Positions 37,548 to 49,200 of a stretch of DNA of 64,000 bases are shown one piece after another. Under the pieces are notes generated by a model, which was not told the origin of the DNA, did not search any database, and saw only the letters and a program-made list of their open reading frames with translations. Each line of letters starts with the position of its first letter. Positions within the stretch are counted from its first letter, which is position 1. Both the position numbers and the translations under genes were made by a program. Source of the stretch: Candidatus Velthaea sp. (GTDB taxonomy: Bacteria; Vulcanimicrobiota; Vulcanimicrobiia; Vulcanimicrobiales; Vulcanimicrobiaceae). Location: the NCBI GenBank assembly GCA_965214935.1, contig CBDCCS010000018.1, forward strand, positions 64,001-128,000, written 5' to 3'.

Positions 37548-39212
37548 TTATTCTGCCGGGATCTCGATTCGGTCCGCCGTGTTTCGACGCTTCGGTAAGA
37601 TAAAGATCAACGGCATCAAGAGAAATGCCAAAGCGCCCAGCGCGAGTTGGGCGTCGGCATATGACATCACGCTGGCTTGGGTGAGGATCGTTCCATAGAG
37701 CGTGCCGATCGAGCCGTGATCGGCGAGAAGCGATCGCACCGCGATACTGCTCGTGTTGGCGTGACCGACAAGCACGTCTTGATGAAAGCTATTGCGTCGT
37801 GCGAGCAGCGTCACCAGACCGGCGGTCGAAAACGATCCGCCGAGTTGCAACGCGAGGCTATTAAAGGCCGCCGCCTTCGGCGCAACTGCTGCCGGTAAAG
37901 CGCTTAGAACGGCAATCGACAGCGGCGTAAACACCATCGCAAGCCCGATACCGCTCGTGACTGCCGGCGGGATCAGCGACGCGAAGTCATTCGACGACGT
38001 CGTGATGAGGCCAAGCCAGATTTGCGCCGTCCCGATCATCGCGAAACCGATAAAGAGAAGCAAGCGCGCATCGATCTTGCCGGCGCTTACATAGCGCGCG
38101 ATAAACGGCGTCAACAGCGCGATGAAAAATGCGCGCGTAAAGATCAATTCGCCGCTCAAGGTTGCGGTAAAGTTCAGCAAGCTCTGAACGTATTGCGGCA
38201 AGATGACCGTCGCGCCGTACAGCACTGCGCCGATCGCAAAGCCGAGCGCCGTTCCGGCGACGACGGCGCGATATTTGAACGCCCGCAAATCGACGATCGG
38301 CCGCGGGGTGCCGAACAATTCCCAAGCAATGAACCCGCACAAACCGAGGGCGGCAATGACGCCGAAGGTGGTGATGACGGGGTCGCTCCACCAATCGTTG
38401 CGTTGACCCTCATCGAGGATATATTGCAGCGATGCCAAGCCGACGGCAAGTAGCGTTAGTCCGATGCCGTCGATCGGCAGCTTGCGGGGCGCGGTCGGAT
38501 TTTTCATGCGCAGCAAAACGATCGCGGCTGCGATGACGCCCGGAACGACGTTGATGAAGAACACGTAGTTCCACGACACGTTGTCGGTCAGCCAGCCGCC
38601 TAAGGTCGGACCGACCGATGGACCGACGATCGCGCCCATGGCGAACAGCGCTTGACTCGCGCCGAGCTTATCCGGCGGAAAACTATCGCGCAGAGCCGCC
38701 TGCGCCGTTGCGACCAAACCCCCGCCGAAGAGCCCCTGCACCACACGCCAAAAGATCAGCGACTCGATCGAGGCGGAGAATCCGCAGAAGACCGAGGCGA
38801 CTGTAAAACCGATGATCGCCGTCGAGTAATATTGCCGCCGGCCGAAGCGCATTTGCAGCCACGGCGTGAGCGGAATGACCACCACGGCCGAAACGATGTA
38901 GCCGGTAACGACCCAGGCGCCTTCATCGATCGTTGCCCCGAGATTGCCCTGTATGACCGGCAGCGCAACGTTGACGATCGTCGTGTCGAGCGTCTGCATG
39001 AGGGTTGCGAGCATGATCCCGATGGTGATGAGAACGAGCGCCGGGCCCTTCTCGACGACATCGAGCTCTTGATCCGCGCGGCGGAAACTTGGGGCAACGC
39101 CGTTCTGCGGCGGGGCGGCAACTGCCAAAGGGGGACTCCCGGGAAGTGAAGCGAGATGGTCTCTCGTTTCCCTCAACCACGCGCGGACAGAAGTCGATTC
39201 ACGCACGCGCAC
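37548..39212 (-). CDS. DHA2 (EmrB/QacA) MFS efflux permease
   Basis: LDTTIVNVALP, GPTLGGWL, FFINV. Confidence 0.92.
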   Translation of the reverse strand: MRVRESTSVRAWLRETRDHLASLPGSPPLAVAAPPQNGVAPSFRRADQELDVVEKGPALVLITIGIMLATLMQTLDTTIVNVALPVIQGNLGATIDEGAWVVTGYIVSAVVVIPLTPWLQMRFGRRQYYSTAIIGFTVASVFCGFSASIESLIFWRVVQGLFGGGLVATAQAALRDSFPPDKLGASQALFAMGAIVGPSVGPTLGGWLTDNVSWNYVFFINVVPGVIAAAIVLLRMKNPTAPRKLPIDGIGLTLLAVGLASLQYILDEGQRNDWWSDPVITTFGVIAALGLCGFIAWELFGTPRPIVDLRAFKYRAVVAGTALGFAIGAVLYGATVILPQYVQSLLNFTATLSGELIFTRAFFIALLTPFIARYVSAGKIDARLLLFIGFAMIGTAQIWLGLITTSSNDFASLIPPAVTSGIGLAMVFTPLSIAVLSALPAAVAPKAAAFNSLALQLGGSFSTAGLVTLLARRNSFHQDVLVGHANTSSIAVRSLLADHGSIGTLYGTILTQASVMSYADAQLALGALAFLLMPLIFILPKRRNTADRIEIPAE

Positions 39213-39240
39213 CGGTCAGGCCACGATCCGGCCGCGCTGC

Positions 39241-40866
39241 CTACGAGCGGGGCCGTCGATCCGTGACCAACGGCTCCGGCGCCGGGGCTTCGGACCGCTT
39301 TGCGACGGCGGAAAAGTCGGCAATTTGCCGATCGACCCAGAGTGTTGATTCGTTGCGTTCGGCGCGAAGAATTCGTGCCACTTCGGGCGCCGCGGCGATG
39401 CTCGCCGCCTCGTCGAGAAACAGGGCGCGGGTGCGGCGCGCTAAGACGTCATCAACGGTTCTGGCCATCTCGGCGCGTACGGCAAAGATCACATGAGCGC
39501 GCGTGTAAGGCAAGCGTTCGTGCAGCTTTGCCGCTGCGGACGAATCGTCGCGGACGATGTTCGCGAGCGCCGTCGCATCCGTGCCGTATACCCGCAATGC
39601 TTCGGCACCGCCGCTCGCAACGGAGTCGGCCGTCGCCGGCGAGCCGTGTAGCGGAAGCGTTGCCGTAATGCAAGGGCGTTGCGGCAGCGCGCCGTGCGCG
39701 CAAACCGCGTCGACGACGTCTTGTGCCATGCGCCGGTATGTCGTCCATTTGCCGCCGGTTACCGTGATGAGTCCGCTGCGCGACGTCTCAATGTAATGTT
39801 CGCGCGAAAGCTTCGCCGTCGCCGTTGCTTTGCCGTTGACGAGCGGGCGTAAGCCGGCGAACGACGCGCGAACATCCGCCCGCGCGATCGGCGTGCGTAA
39901 ATACCGGTTGACGTGCGTGATAAGATACGTAATTTCAGCGTCGGACGGCGACGGATCGAGTTCGGGGAACGTCGCCGGAATATCCGTCGTGCCGACAACC
40001 ACGCGATCGTGCCATGGGATGGCAAAAAGCACGCGACCGTCGTCGGTCTTCGGAATGATGAGCGCGCGATCGCCCCCGAGAACTTCGCGGTCGAGCACGA
40101 TGTGCGTGCCGCGGCTGAGCGCTAGTAACGGCCGAACGTCCCGCCGGTCGAGCGAACGTAGCGCGTCGACAAAAATTCCGGTCGCATTGACGACGACCGA
40201 TGCTCTGATGCTGAACTCGGCGCCCGTTTCCACGTCGAAGGCAACGACGCCGTTGATTCGTCCGCTGTCTTGAATGAAGCGTTCGGCGCGCACGTAATTC
40301 GCAATAACGGCGCCGCGTTTAGCCGCGGTGCGTGCGAGTGCAATCGCGAAGCGCGCGTCGTCGAATTGTCCGTCGTGATATTCGACGCCGCCGCGCAGCC
40401 GGCGGCCATCGAGGTTCGGCACGCGGTCGAGTACCGCACGGCGTCCGAGGATACGGCTGGACCCGAACGTTGCGCCGGCGGCGAGCAATTGATAGGCAGT
40501 CAAGCCGGCCGCATAGTACGCTGTCTCGAGCGCGCTGAACGTCGGCAGCACGAAGGCCAGATCGTGAACCAGATGCGGCGCATTGCGCCGCATCACTGCA
40601 CGCTCGTAAAGCGCTTCACGGACCAAAGCAATGTTGCCGCTTTGCAAGTAACGCACGCCGCCGTGCGCGAGCTTTGTAGAGCGGCTCGACGTGGCTTTCG
40701 CGAAGTCCATGGCCTCGATGAGTGCCGTTCGATATCCGCGCGTTGCTGCGTCGAGCGCGGTACCTAGCCCGGTCGCGCCGCCGCCGATAACAAGGACATC
40801 GACCGGCGTTTGAAGCCGTTCGATGTTCGCCGCGCGGTTGAAGCACGCAGTATGCCGATCGGTCAT
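39241..40866 (-). CDS. glpD: Glycerol-3-phosphate dehydrogenase (FAD)
   Basis: [33 protein letters not shown] overlap with glpK. Confidence 0.95.
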   Translation of the reverse strand: MTDRHTACFNRAANIERLQTPVDVLVIGGGATGLGTALDAATRGYRTALIEAMDFAKATSSRSTKLAHGGVRYLQSGNIALVREALYERAVMRRNAPHLVHDLAFVLPTFSALETAYYAAGLTAYQLLAAGATFGSSRILGRRAVLDRVPNLDGRRLRGGVEYHDGQFDDARFAIALARTAAKRGAVIANYVRAERFIQDSGRINGVVAFDVETGAEFSIRASVVVNATGIFVDALRSLDRRDVRPLLALSRGTHIVLDREVLGGDRALIIPKTDDGRVLFAIPWHDRVVVGTTDIPATFPELDPSPSDAEITYLITHVNRYLRTPIARADVRASFAGLRPLVNGKATATAKLSREHYIETSRSGLITVTGGKWTTYRRMAQDVVDAVCAHGALPQRPCITATLPLHGSPATADSVASGGAEALRVYGTDATALANIVRDDSSAAAKLHERLPYTRAHVIFAVRAEMARTVDDVLARRTRALFLDEAASIAAAPEVARILRAERNESTLWVDRQIADFSAVAKRSEAPAPEPLVTDRRPRS

Positions 40867-42392
40867 ACGGAAGTTGCAGCGGCTGTTGCCTCCTCCGCCG
40901 CCCAGCCGAGGGTGCGTTTCACCGCACGCGTCCATCCCGCCATTAATTTCTCGCGCTGCTCCGAAGTAATGTTCGGCGAAAAGCGCCGGCTTTCGTGCCA
41001 GTGCTTTGCGACGGCATCGACGTCGGGCCAGAAGCCGGTCTGCAGGCCGGCAAGGTATGCAGCGCCGAGGGCGGTCGTTTCGGTCACTTGCGGCCGTACG
41101 ACATCAACGCCCAAAATATCCGCTTGAAACTGCATGGCTATGTCATTGAGCGCAGCTCCGCCATCGACGCGCAGTTCGCTCAGCGTCAACTTCGCATCGC
41201 GCTGCATCGCGGCGATCACTTCGGCGGACTGATATCCCATCGCTTCGAGGGCGGCGCGTGCGATGTGGGCGCGCGTCGTCCCGCGCGTGATTCCGATGAG
41301 CATTGCGCGTGCGTACGGATCCCAATAGGGTGCGCCGAGACCCGCAAAAGCGGGGACAAAATAGGTACCGCCCGAGTCGCCGGCGCCACGCGCAAGAATC
41401 TCGATGTCCGAAGAGCGTTCGATTATGCCGAGTCCGTCGCGCAGCCACTGCACGGCCGCGCCGGTTACGAAAATCGAGCCTTCGAGTGCGTACGTGACCC
41501 GCTTCGGCTCGAATCCAAATGCAATCGTGGACAGCAGCCCTTCGTTGCTGCGGACAATCGTGTCTCCGGTATTTAGCACGACGAAGGAGCCCGTGCCGTA
41601 CGTATTTTTTCCCATCCCGCATGTGAAGCCGGCTTGACCGACGAGCGCCGCCTGCTGATCGCCGGCAATCCCGGCGATTCGAATCGGGGCGCCGAAGATG
41701 TCCGGCCGTGTCATGCCGAAAGCCGCGGTGCTCGGCAATACTTCGGGCAGCACGGCGCGCGGCACGTTAAAAAGGCGTAGCAGTTCTTCGCTCCAATCGA
41801 GCTGCTCGATATCGAATAGCAACGTGCGCGAAGCGTTCGTCACATCGGTGACGTGTCGTGTGCCGCCGGTGAGTTTGAACGTCAGCCAACTATCGACCGT
41901 ACCGAAGGCAACCTCGCCGCGTTCCGCGCGTTCTCGCAATCCGGGAGTGCGATCGAGCATCCAGCTTAATTTCGTTGCCGAGAAATACGGATCGAGAAGC
42001 AGGCCGGTGATGCGGCGAACCCGATCTTCGTGTCCGTCCGCGCGTAGCGCATCGCAGGTTACCGCCGTTCGGCGGTCTTGCCACACGATCGCATTGTGCA
42101 ACGCGCGCCCGGTCGTACGATCCCAAATCACGGCCGTCTCACGCTGGTTGGTAATGCCGATCGCTGCAACATCGTCTGCTTCGACGCCGGCACCGCGCAG
42201 TGCGCCGCGTGCGGTGGAGAGTTGCGAACGCCAGAGATCGTCGGCGTCATGTTCGACCCAACCCGGTTGTGGAAAGTGTTGGCGAAACTCCGCCTGTTCG
42301 ATGGCGCGCATCTTGCCGTCGCGATCGAATACGATCGCACGCGAACTTGTCGTACCTTGATCCAAAGCAAGAATGAAACGTTGCCGGCTCAC
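40863..42392 (-). CDS. glpK: Glycerol kinase
   Basis: [23 protein letters not shown]. Confidence 0.97.
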   Translation of the reverse strand: MSRQRFILALDQGTTSSRAIVFDRDGKMRAIEQAEFRQHFPQPGWVEHDADDLWRSQLSTARGALRGAGVEADDVAAIGITNQRETAVIWDRTTGRALHNAIVWQDRRTAVTCDALRADGHEDRVRRITGLLLDPYFSATKLSWMLDRTPGLRERAERGEVAFGTVDSWLTFKLTGGTRHVTDVTNASRTLLFDIEQLDWSEELLRLFNVPRAVLPEVLPSTAAFGMTRPDIFGAPIRIAGIAGDQQAALVGQAGFTCGMGKNTYGTGSFVVLNTGDTIVRSNEGLLSTIAFGFEPKRVTYALEGSIFVTGAAVQWLRDGLGIIERSSDIEILARGAGDSGGTYFVPAFAGLGAPYWDPYARAMLIGITRGTTRAHIARAALEAMGYQSAEVIAAMQRDAKLTLSELRVDGGAALNDIAMQFQADILGVDVVRPQVTETTALGAAYLAGLQTGFWPDVDAVAKHWHESRRFSPNITSEQREKLMAGWTRAVKRTLGWAAEEATAAATSV

Positions 42393-42526
42393 GTTCTGCT
42401 CCTAACGTTGCGCGCAGGCGAGTACTTTGCCGTCAGTATGGTGTTCGTCTGCTCGCTAAGAGCAGATTCTTTTAACGCAGCGAACTGTCTGGTAAATTGC
42501 TCGATAAAATGAAAGGAGGATTCGAG

Positions 42527-43030
42527 GTGTTCGACGATTCCGAAAGCTCCGTCGATTACATTCGGCGCCTGACGTTTCTACGCGAAGAGACGCGCTTCGA
42601 GATCGGCTTGCTACACGATCGCGTCAACGCACTTATCAGCGCCGAGGCGTTTTTGACGATAGCATTTACCATGGCGATGAGCAGTTCCAATAATCGTTGG
42701 GGATCGATCTTCTCCGTACTCGTGCCGCCCATTCTATCGCTCCTCGGCTTCATTCTGGCCGTTCTGGCTTGGCCCGGCGTCGTTGCGAGCTACAAAATCA
42801 TCGTTGAGTGGAACGTGCGCCAACTGGCATTGATGCAGGCGGAGCCCGGCTTGACCGGCATCATGTGGCGCCGCGACGCAAATGGAAGCGGCAGCGAACG
42901 TGCGGCTCCCGACCGCGGACTTTCGATGCTCTTTGCGCGCGCAGTGCCCGCCGTGTTCGCTGCCGCATGGGCTATTCTAACGGTTATCGCAGTCTTGCTG
43001 CCGTTGCAACGAGCCGGCGGAAAGACTTGA
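42527..43030 (+). CDS. Hypothetical membrane protein (about 3 TM)
   Basis: AAAGGAGG SD before GTG 42527; hydrophobic segments. Confidence 0.7.
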   Translation: MFDDSESSVDYIRRLTFLREETRFEIGLLHDRVNALISAEAFLTIAFTMAMSSSNNRWGSIFSVLVPPILSLLGFILAVLAWPGVVASYKIIVEWNVRQLALMQAEPGLTGIMWRRDANGSGSERAAPDRGLSMLFARAVPAVFAAAWAILTVIAVLLPLQRAGGKT

Positions 43031-43074
43031 TGTGTCGGATACGTTCAGGTGCGCTGCTTGCCGGCGGCGTAACG

Positions 43075-43665
43075 CTAGGGGTGCGGCAGCGCCTCGATAG
43101 CCGCATCGGCCGCGCGCTTAAGCATCGCGGTCGATACTCCGCCTTTTCCAAGCGCTTCAATTCCGCGCAGTGTAGCGAGCAGAAGCATGCCCAGCTTGCG
43201 CGGATCCGCCGACGGGGCGATGTCGCCATGCCGTTGCGCGGCCTCGATCGTCAACGTGAGTGTTTTTGCAAGCTCTTCGAAGGTCGCGCGCGTTTGCGCA
43301 CCGATGACCGGATCCGTTGCGCCGATCTCTGCAGTGGTCTTGGCGATGAAACAGCCGAGACGGCGACTCGACGGCACCGAGTTGACGGACAAAAGGTACA
43401 CGTACTTTCGCAAGCGCTCGTAAGCGCCGGCGTCGGAACCATCGAGTCGCGCATGCGTTTCCTCGGCTGCTTCCCTGCAGTGAACGGCAAACACGCGTTC
43501 AAACAATTCACGTTTGCCGCCGAAAGCAGCATACAGACTGCCTTTGCCTAAACCGGTTGCGGCCGTTAGGTCGTCCATCGACGTTCCTTCGTATCCGCCG
43601 GTCCGGAACGCATCGCGAGCCGATTCCAAAACCTTCATTTCATCGAATGTGCGTGGCCGAGCCAT
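43075..43665 (-). CDS. TetR/AcrR family regulator
   Basis: MARPRTFD, GYEGTS, SLYAAFGGK, GCF; TGtTACACT 6 nt upstream suggests a leaderless mRNA. Confidence 0.93.
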   Translation of the reverse strand: MARPRTFDEMKVLESARDAFRTGGYEGTSMDDLTAATGLGKGSLYAAFGGKRELFERVFAVHCREAAEETHARLDGSDAGAYERLRKYVYLLSVNSVPSSRRLGCFIAKTTAEIGATDPVIGAQTRATFEELAKTLTLTIEAAQRHGDIAPSADPRKLGMLLLATLRGIEALGKGGVSTAMLKRAADAAIEALPHP

Positions 43666-43712
43666 GAATCCAGTGTAACAATTATGGCCGGTCGCGTTTG
43701 TCGAAAGATCGT

Positions 43713-44465
43713 ATGACATCCACGAAGCTCCTCGGTAAAACCGCGCTCGTCACGGGAGGCTCGACTGGTATCGGCTTAGCCACCGCGCAGCGCCTCAGCC
43801 ATGACGGCGCCCGCGTTTTTATAACGGGCCGCCGCCAAGACGAGCTCGACGCCGCCGCGGCGTCGATTCACAACGTAGTCGGGCTGCGCGCCGACTCGGC
43901 GGATCTCGCCGACCTCGATCGCGTGTATGCGACAATAAAGAACGACGCCGGGAAGCTCGACATCCTGTTTGTCAACGCCGGTATCGGATCGTTTGCGGCG
44001 CTCGAAGCAGTCACGGAACAGCACTTTGACTCCATCTTCGGCGTAAATGCCAAAGGCTTGCTCTTCACCGTTCAAAAGGCACTGCCGCTGCTCGTCGACG
44101 GGGCTTCCATCGTCCTTAACGCGTCGGTAACCGGCTCGAAAGGTACTCCGAATTTCGGGGTCTATAGCGCCACAAAAGCAGCCGTACGAAACTTCGCTCG
44201 CACGTGGCTGCTTGAGCTGGCATCACGCAGCATTCGTGTCAACGTCGTCAGTCCGGGGCCGATCGAAACGCCGGCAATCAAAGCGCTGTTGCCGACCGAA
44301 GAAGCGCGTATCGGGTTTAAGAATCACGTCGCATCGTCGGTTCCACTCGGCCGCATGGGCCGGGCCAGCGAGATCGCCTCAGCGGTTTCGTTCCTGGCCT
44401 CAGATGACGCGAGCTACGTCAATGGGATTGAGCTCTTCGTTGACGGCGGCATGGCACAAGTCTGA
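43713..44465 (+). CDS. SDR family oxidoreductase
   Basis: TGGSTGIG, YSATK. Confidence 0.95.
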   Translation: MTSTKLLGKTALVTGGSTGIGLATAQRLSHDGARVFITGRRQDELDAAAASIHNVVGLRADSADLADLDRVYATIKNDAGKLDILFVNAGIGSFAALEAVTEQHFDSIFGVNAKGLLFTVQKALPLLVDGASIVLNASVTGSKGTPNFGVYSATKAAVRNFARTWLLELASRSIRVNVVSPGPIETPAIKALLPTEEARIGFKNHVASSVPLGRMGRASEIASAVSFLASDDASYVNGIELFVDGGMAQV

Positions 44466-44607
44466 ACGAGACGGCATCACGTGGCTGCTCGAAGCTGGGC
44501 GGCGGGCACGAGCCGCTCCCTGGGCGGCGTTTCGCTTACAACGGGAGATACACGTAACCGCGCTACGCTGCGCGCAAACGAATAACACGGCCAACGTTCG
44601 ACGCGTG

Positions 44608-44817
44608 TTACCCGCACCGGTCCGGCGGCGGTTCGACGGCTGAGCCGGCGGGCGATCCCAGCGCATTCGCGATAAATTCGGCGGCGTCGGCAGGCGCGCT
44701 TAAATAGCGGCGGCGACCGGTTTCAACCTCTTGGATCGAACCGCGCCACGCGCCTTCGGTAGCTCCGGCGTCGCGCCACATCCGTACTAAAAAGACGCAC
44801 TCGCGCCGCTCCGACAT
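44608..44817 (-). CDS. Small hypothetical protein
   Basis: 69 aa, FLVRMW...WRGSI..V.TG...Y beta-rich pattern. Confidence 0.65.
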   Translation of the reverse strand: MSERRECVFLVRMWRDAGATEGAWRGSIQEVETGRRRYLSAPADAAEFIANALGSPAGSAVEPPPDRCG

Positions 44818-44934
44818 CACCGCACCGCTTCTTGCATGTCCCCAGCGTATTGCAGAGCCATGCCGCACGCATGCGGCACGCAACGGCGCTATGCTCCTTG
44901 CAAGCCTCGTATTGCAACGTTCAAAGGAGCACCC

Positions 44935-46218
44935 GTGAACATACTCGATCGCGCGAAGCGTATTTCTCTTTCGCCTCAAGCCGAATGGCCGGTGATCGCG
45001 GCCGAACCGGCATCGTTGGCCGGTATCGTCTCCGGCTACTTCGCACCGTTAGCGGCAATTAGCCCGGTGGCGCTGCTGATCGGTCTATCGGTCGTCGGGG
45101 TGAGCATTCCGTTCGTCGGAACGTATCGCGCCCCGCTCGTCGCTTCGATCGGGCAAGCCGTCTTAACGTTCATTATAATTCTGATCGCGGCCGGCGTGAT
45201 GAGTCTTGTCGCATCGCAGCTTGCGCCCGCGTTCGGGGGCCGGCGCGATCGAATCGCCGGATTTAAATTGATCGGTTATTCATATACACCCGCGCTCATC
45301 GCGGGCGTGCTCGGTATCTTGCCGCCGCTAACATTTCTCGAAATCTTCGCCGCGTTTTGGACCTTATACGTCTTTTACCGGGGCGCAACGCCGCTGGCAT
45401 TGAGCGCGCCCGGCAAGGCGGTTGCGTACACGGCGGCGTGCGTCGCTTGCGGTATTGCGCTGGGCTTCGTGTTGATGCTTGCCGGCGGCGCAGTCGGTCT
45501 TGCCTCCGGCGCGTTCGCGCATCATTCGTCGCTCGAATCGGTGTCGAGCGAAGCGCAGGCGCGCGGCGTCGTCGCGGGCGTTCTCGGCGCTGCGATGGGT
45601 GGCGGTAACGATAATACCCAGAGCGCCCAAAAGGTCGTCGATAGCGTCGCCGCGGCGGGCGATGAAGCGCGCACGGCGGCCGGCAGCAACGATCCGGCTG
45701 CCCAAACGCAAGCCGGAATTCAGGCGTTGAGCGCGCTCGTGCATGGCGGCAAAGATGCGGTCAAGCCCGTCGCGCATAGCGATCTCAAGACGCTGTTGCC
45801 GCAATCTGCCGGCGGTCTGCCGCGCGTCGCTGCCGAGGGTTCGTCGGGTTCATTTGCCAGCATCGCCGCCTCGTCGGCCGATGCGAAGTACGAATCGGCT
45901 GACGGCAAATCGATCGACCTTAGCGTTGCGGATCTCGGCAATATGGGCGGAATCGCCGCCATTGCCAACATGGCTGCGACGTTGCAAGTCGAGAGCGATA
46001 GCGATGCGGGTTATGAAAAGAACGTCGACGTCGACGGCCGGCGCGTACATGAGAAGTGGACGAACGCCGGCAAGCGCAGCGAATTGCTGGAGATCGTCGA
46101 TAACCGTTACGCCGTCAGCGTCGATGGCGCCGGCCTCGATATGGAACCGGTCCTCGGCGCCCTGCGCGCTGTCGATATGGCCAAGTTTCAGGGTCTTGGA
46201 GCCGCAAGCAGTAAATAA
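44935..46218 (+). CDS. Yip1-family membrane protein with a long soluble C-terminal extension
   Basis: P..EW..I, LAP.FGG, YSYTP; AAAGGAG SD. Confidence 0.82.
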   Translation: MNILDRAKRISLSPQAEWPVIAAEPASLAGIVSGYFAPLAAISPVALLIGLSVVGVSIPFVGTYRAPLVASIGQAVLTFIIILIAAGVMSLVASQLAPAFGGRRDRIAGFKLIGYSYTPALIAGVLGILPPLTFLEIFAAFWTLYVFYRGATPLALSAPGKAVAYTAACVACGIALGFVLMLAGGAVGLASGAFAHHSSLESVSSEAQARGVVAGVLGAAMGGGNDNTQSAQKVVDSVAAAGDEARTAAGSNDPAAQTQAGIQALSALVHGGKDAVKPVAHSDLKTLLPQSAGGLPRVAAEGSSGSFASIAASSADAKYESADGKSIDLSVADLGNMGGIAAIANMAATLQVESDSDAGYEKNVDVDGRRVHEKWTNAGKRSELLEIVDNRYAVSVDGAGLDMEPVLGALRAVDMAKFQGLGAASSK

Positions 46219-46259
46219 CAGCGGGGTGAGCTTACTTGCCCTAATTTCGGCGAGTTGAA

Positions 46260-49200
46260 ATGAGCGAATCCGCAGCGGGTCAAGCGCGGACGTTAGCCGG
46301 CGCACGTCACGGTCAGCTTGACATCCGGCTCTTCGGCCAAGCTCAGATGTGCTGGAACGGTACTGCGCTCAAGTTCGCGAAACGTAATCGTACGATCGCA
46401 ATGCTCGCGCGAATTATTTTGCAGCGCGGCGCTCCGATCTCGCGCGACTCACTTGCCTACTCGATTTTCCCCGATGACGACGAAGCAACGGCGCTGGCAG
46501 AGATGCGGCGCTACCTGTACCTTGCCGGCAAGGCGTTACCCGAACGCGCCGGGGAACCGTGGCTCATCGCCGATTCAGATACGGTGCGCTGGAATGCCGA
46601 AGCGGGCGCGACGATCGATGTGATTGCTTTCGAAGAGTTCGCCCGCGATGCGCGTACGCACGATCGTGCGTTCGATCTTTATACCGGCGACTTACTCGAG
46701 GAGATTTACGATGAGTGGATCGTTGCCGAACGGGAGCGCTTGCGTGCGCGCTATCTTGGCATCCTCGATGCGTCGTTAGCGCGCTTTCGTTCCGAACGCA
46801 AATATACGGCGGCGATCGCTTGCGCGAAGCGAACTCTCGCTGCCGATCCATGGCGCGAAGACACGCTGCGAGCGCTCATGAGCACACGCTATGCCGCCGG
46901 CGATACGGCCGGCGCGCTCGCGGAATACGAGCGATTCGCGCGCCAGTTGCGCGATGAACTCTCAATTGCGCCGATGCCTGAAACACTGGCGCTCCGTCAA
47001 TCGATCGTTCGTAACGAAGCCGTTCCGGGTGCGCTCGCGGATCGCCCGGACGAACCCGGGAAGCGCACGCCGGTCAAGCTGTTGCCGTTCGCAGGCCGGA
47101 CGCGCGAAATGACAATGCTCCATGCGGCCTGGACCCGAGCGGCACGCGGTGCCGGAACGTTTGTTTTGATCGAAGGCGAGGCCGGGATCGGCAAGACGCG
47201 GCTTACGGACGAGCTGTCACGTAGCGTGCAGTCCGAAGGTGGACGCGTCTTCGTCGGCACCACGGCAGCGCCCGAATCAACCTCGTATCAAGCCATCATC
47301 GAAGCCTTGCGCTCGGCGATGCCGCTGCTGCTTGCACGGCCGCCGGGGGCGGCGCGGCGCGCAACGCTGGCGCGCCTACTGCCCGAATTACACGATGCGG
47401 CAGCACCCGACATCGCGCCGCCAGCGCAATCTGCCGAGCGCGAACTTGCGCGTCTGTACGACGCGCTTGCCGATGCGGTGCGCCGGTTAGCGTCGCCGCG
47501 CCCGGCGCTCCTGGTCCTCGAAGATCTGCATTGGGCAGGCTCCGCGACGATCGAGGCGCTGGGCGAGATTGCAAGAGAGTTGATTCGCGTTCCGATCATG
47601 ATCGTTGCTACATGTCGCGAAGAAGAAACGCCGGCGCGTCACCCGCTGCGCCTGCTCGTGCGATCGCTGGCAACCTTCGCAAACGTGAGCGAACTGCAAG
47701 TCCCGCGCTTGAGCGTCGATGATCTCAGCGACCTTGTGGCACGCGTCGACCGGTTGCGCGGATGCCCGCCGGCGTTCGCACGCGACTTGCACGTTCAGAG
47801 CGAAGGCAACGCGCTCTTCGTCAGTGAGTTTATCAGCGCTGCGCTCGAAGACGATTGGCACATGCGAACCGACGCCTCGTCGATTACGAGCGTCATCACA
47901 TCGCGCATCGCGCAACTTGGCGAAGTGGCCGTGACCGTCGCTGAGATTGCGGCCGTCGCCGGGCCAGGCTGCAGTATTGGGCTCGTGCGCGACGTTTCGA
48001 ATCTGCCGGCTGCCGAGGTGGCGCGCGGCTTCGACGAATTGCTCGACCGGCGCATTCTGCGCGAAGCCGGCGCGCGCGCACGCTATGACTATGTTTTCAC
48101 GCACCATCTCATCGCCGACGCAATTTACGCCGGAATCAATGCCGATTTGCGTGCGCGGCGGCACTCCCGAATTGCGCATCGGCTCGAAGCCGAACAGCAG
48201 TTGCACTTCCCCATGTCCGAGCGCGAGATCGCGCGCCATCACGAGCGCGCCGGCGAATCCGACGTCGCTGCCGAGTGGTACGTCAAGGCTGCTTCTGCAG
48301 CGGCGCAAATGCACGCTTACGGCGATGTAACCGATTTAGCGACGCTCGCGTTACGCTTATCTCCGAAGCTCGATGTTGCGCGCGCGGCGCTTGATATTCG
48401 TGAACGCGCGTACGGTCTGCGCGGCGAGCGCGCCGGCCAACGTGCCGATATCGATGCCTTGCAGCAGCTCGCCGGCACCGACCCGCGCAGCCGCTTTGAC
48501 GTGCTCATGCGCCGCGTGCTCTTGGCTCGAACGCTCGGAGAATCGGACGAAGAAGGCCGCTTGATCGCCGAGTTGCACCGAGAAACAAAATTCGACGATC
48601 GTGCTCATGCGCAGGCGCTCATTCAAGCCGCCACGCATTCGGGCTTACGCAGCCGCCCCGCCGAAGCCCTCGGTCCGGCTCGCGAAGCGCTGGCCGTGTA
48701 CGAGCGCATCGGCGACGTGCGTGGACAGTTGGAGTGCTTTTACGTTCTGGTCGATCAAACGGCGAACGTCGGCGATCTTACGGCTTCGCGCGCGTACCTT
48801 GCACGAATGCACGATCGCGCTGGGAATCTGTCGGATAAACTTGTCGAATCACGCGCGACGGCCGTCGCTGCCCAGGCCGCTCTCTTGCGCGCCGACTACC
48901 GGGCAAGTTACGACTTGTCCGTCCAAGCGCTGGCGCTGCAAATCGAGACGAACGATCGCGACGGCGAAGCGCAGTCACGCGGGCGCTGCGCTGCGAGCGC
49001 GGCGTGGCTCGGTGATTTTACGATCGCGCTGCGCGACTTTGAACGCGCGTTGGAAACGTACGCAGCGATCGGAAATAAGCGCGGACTTGCGTTGACTCAC
49101 ACCAACCGTACGCTGTTGCTTATGCGACTCGGTCTCTTCGAGGAAGCGTTGGCTTCGATCGAGCAGTCGAACCTGCTCTTCGCCGTCGCGCATGAAGAGC